Position numbers and translations under genes: made by a program
Shown here: one piece after another, positions 62,934-64,000 of the stretch
Numbering within the stretch: the first letter of the stretch is position 1
Layout of the letters: each line of letters starts with the position of its first letter
Assembly (NCBI GenBank): GCA_965206645.1
Contig: CBDBKE010000003.1
Coordinates: 128,001-192,000 of the forward strand
Length of the DNA: 64,000 nt
Reading direction: 5' to 3'
From: Terriglobia bacterium
GTDB taxonomy: Bacteria; Acidobacteriota; Terriglobia; JAJPHL01; JAPKYU01
Notes under the pieces: generated by a model
Told to the model about the DNA's origin: nothing
The model's input: the letters and a program-made list of their open reading frames with translations, nothing else
The model's database searches: none

Positions 62934-63068
62934 GGCGCTCGGCGTTGGGTGGCTGGCTGTCTCGGCCGGCCTTGCCCACTCAAGGCTGACCCAGCCGGCG
63001 CGGGTCGTTTGGCCGAGTGCGCTATCGTACCGGAACCTACAAGCCCTTGTAAAGCTCACCGCCCGTCG

Positions 63069-64000
63069 GGTGCTGTCTGAAATCTGCGTTGAACTTTACG
63101 ACAGCAGCTCTCCCAAGTCCCACACGTGATCCGAGATCCCCGCTTCCATGGCCGGGGTGACTCGGATCGATGAGTGAATCCGACAGAAATTGTAGTATCC
63201 GAAATGCAGGGCGAGCGCTGCCCAATGGTTCTCCCACTTTTTGCTGAAAGCGTTCGTGAGCCGCGTTAGGCGTCGAATCTGCATCCGCATTGTGAGATTC
63301 TGGCGTTCGACGTGGGACGTGCTGATGCGCTCTCGATCCGGGTTGCCGATCATCTTTTTCCGCTTGCAGCCGGTACACTGGGCCGGGCTATAGCGCTTCT
63401 CATCGGTCGGAGCCTCGCTGTATTGCTTAACCAGCATGCCGTAGTCAACGCGGTCTTCAAGAGCATCCTCAATCGCCGTGATGTACGGCCGGAAGCCATC
63501 GGTAGAGATCTGGAACTGCCGGGGTGCAGTGGCAAGCCGCAAGCCTTCAATAAAGGCGTCCGTCGTTGCCTGATCCCGACGGCCCAGCGCAAAGTTGAGA
63601 ATCAGCTTCGTGTTCCGCTCGATCGCAACGAACGCGTAAGCGTCTCCGATCGTGGCGTCAGTGGCGACTTCCTCGGGCGTCTTGTGGGCTTCCTTCTTAC
63701 GGATGAAACCCCAGATTTCATCGCACTGAACATCCTTGACCGGCACATTCACGATCAGCCGTCCCATGACCTTCTCGCACTTCTCGCCAGCGAGCACCAA
63801 GACCTTCATGATGGTGTTTCGATCCAGCCCCGTGATGCGCTCAGTGCTCCGAATGCTGTTGCCTTCCAACAGTAGTTGCACAGCCAACAGAGCCTTGTCC
63901 TGAGGAACGTACATCGTGCCAAAAGTGCGCTTATGCGGTTCGGTGTAGGTCTTGCGGCACTTCGGGCAACGAAAACGGCGAAGTCCATTTCGATGTTTTC
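63069..64000 (-). mobile_element. IS1-family-like element (runs off the window); transposase ends at 63096
   Basis: RFRCPKC, GNSIRSTER, QCDEIWGF, ISTDG, STSHVERQNLTMR, TPAMEAG; probable end GGTGCTGTCTGAAA. Confidence 0.85.

Overview
GC-rich bacterial chromosomal window whose gene families suggest Acidobacteriota (inference). It has three parts. (1) 1-7145: host genes, including a DsrE-type selenoprotein that the ORF track splits, ending in an addB-like gene cut off by an IS6-type mini-element. (2) About 7146-26174: a decayed, IS-rich island abutting the 3' end of tRNA-Thr(CGT). It holds IS6, IS3, IS1111, IS1182, IS5 and IS481-like pieces, two MITEs, an AbiEii-WYL-Zn finger gene, a truncated HEPN-like gene, two higBA pairs, ABC-F and recQ. 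(3) 26175-64000: mostly core genes (pyk, thiI, pccB, glnA, pdaD plus DHS-like, SAM riboswitch-thrC-like-moaD, pyrF, a second selenoprotein, gltX, rlmB, mtnA, uvrA, creD-like), a small microcompartment locus and an IS1-like element. The most unusual item is a compact type III-A-derived module at 26322-31651: HD-less cas10 with intact GGDD, Zn-ribbon-fused csm2, csm3 and csm4, with no array, cas1/2/6, csm5 or CARF effector in the window. It is split by a mosaic ankyrin-DUF2059-pilin gene whose promoter and start are shared with a Ser/Thr-kinase locus 11.5 kb away. All calls are from motif recognition by eye. Several single-base frameshifts and odd substitutions may be assembly errors.
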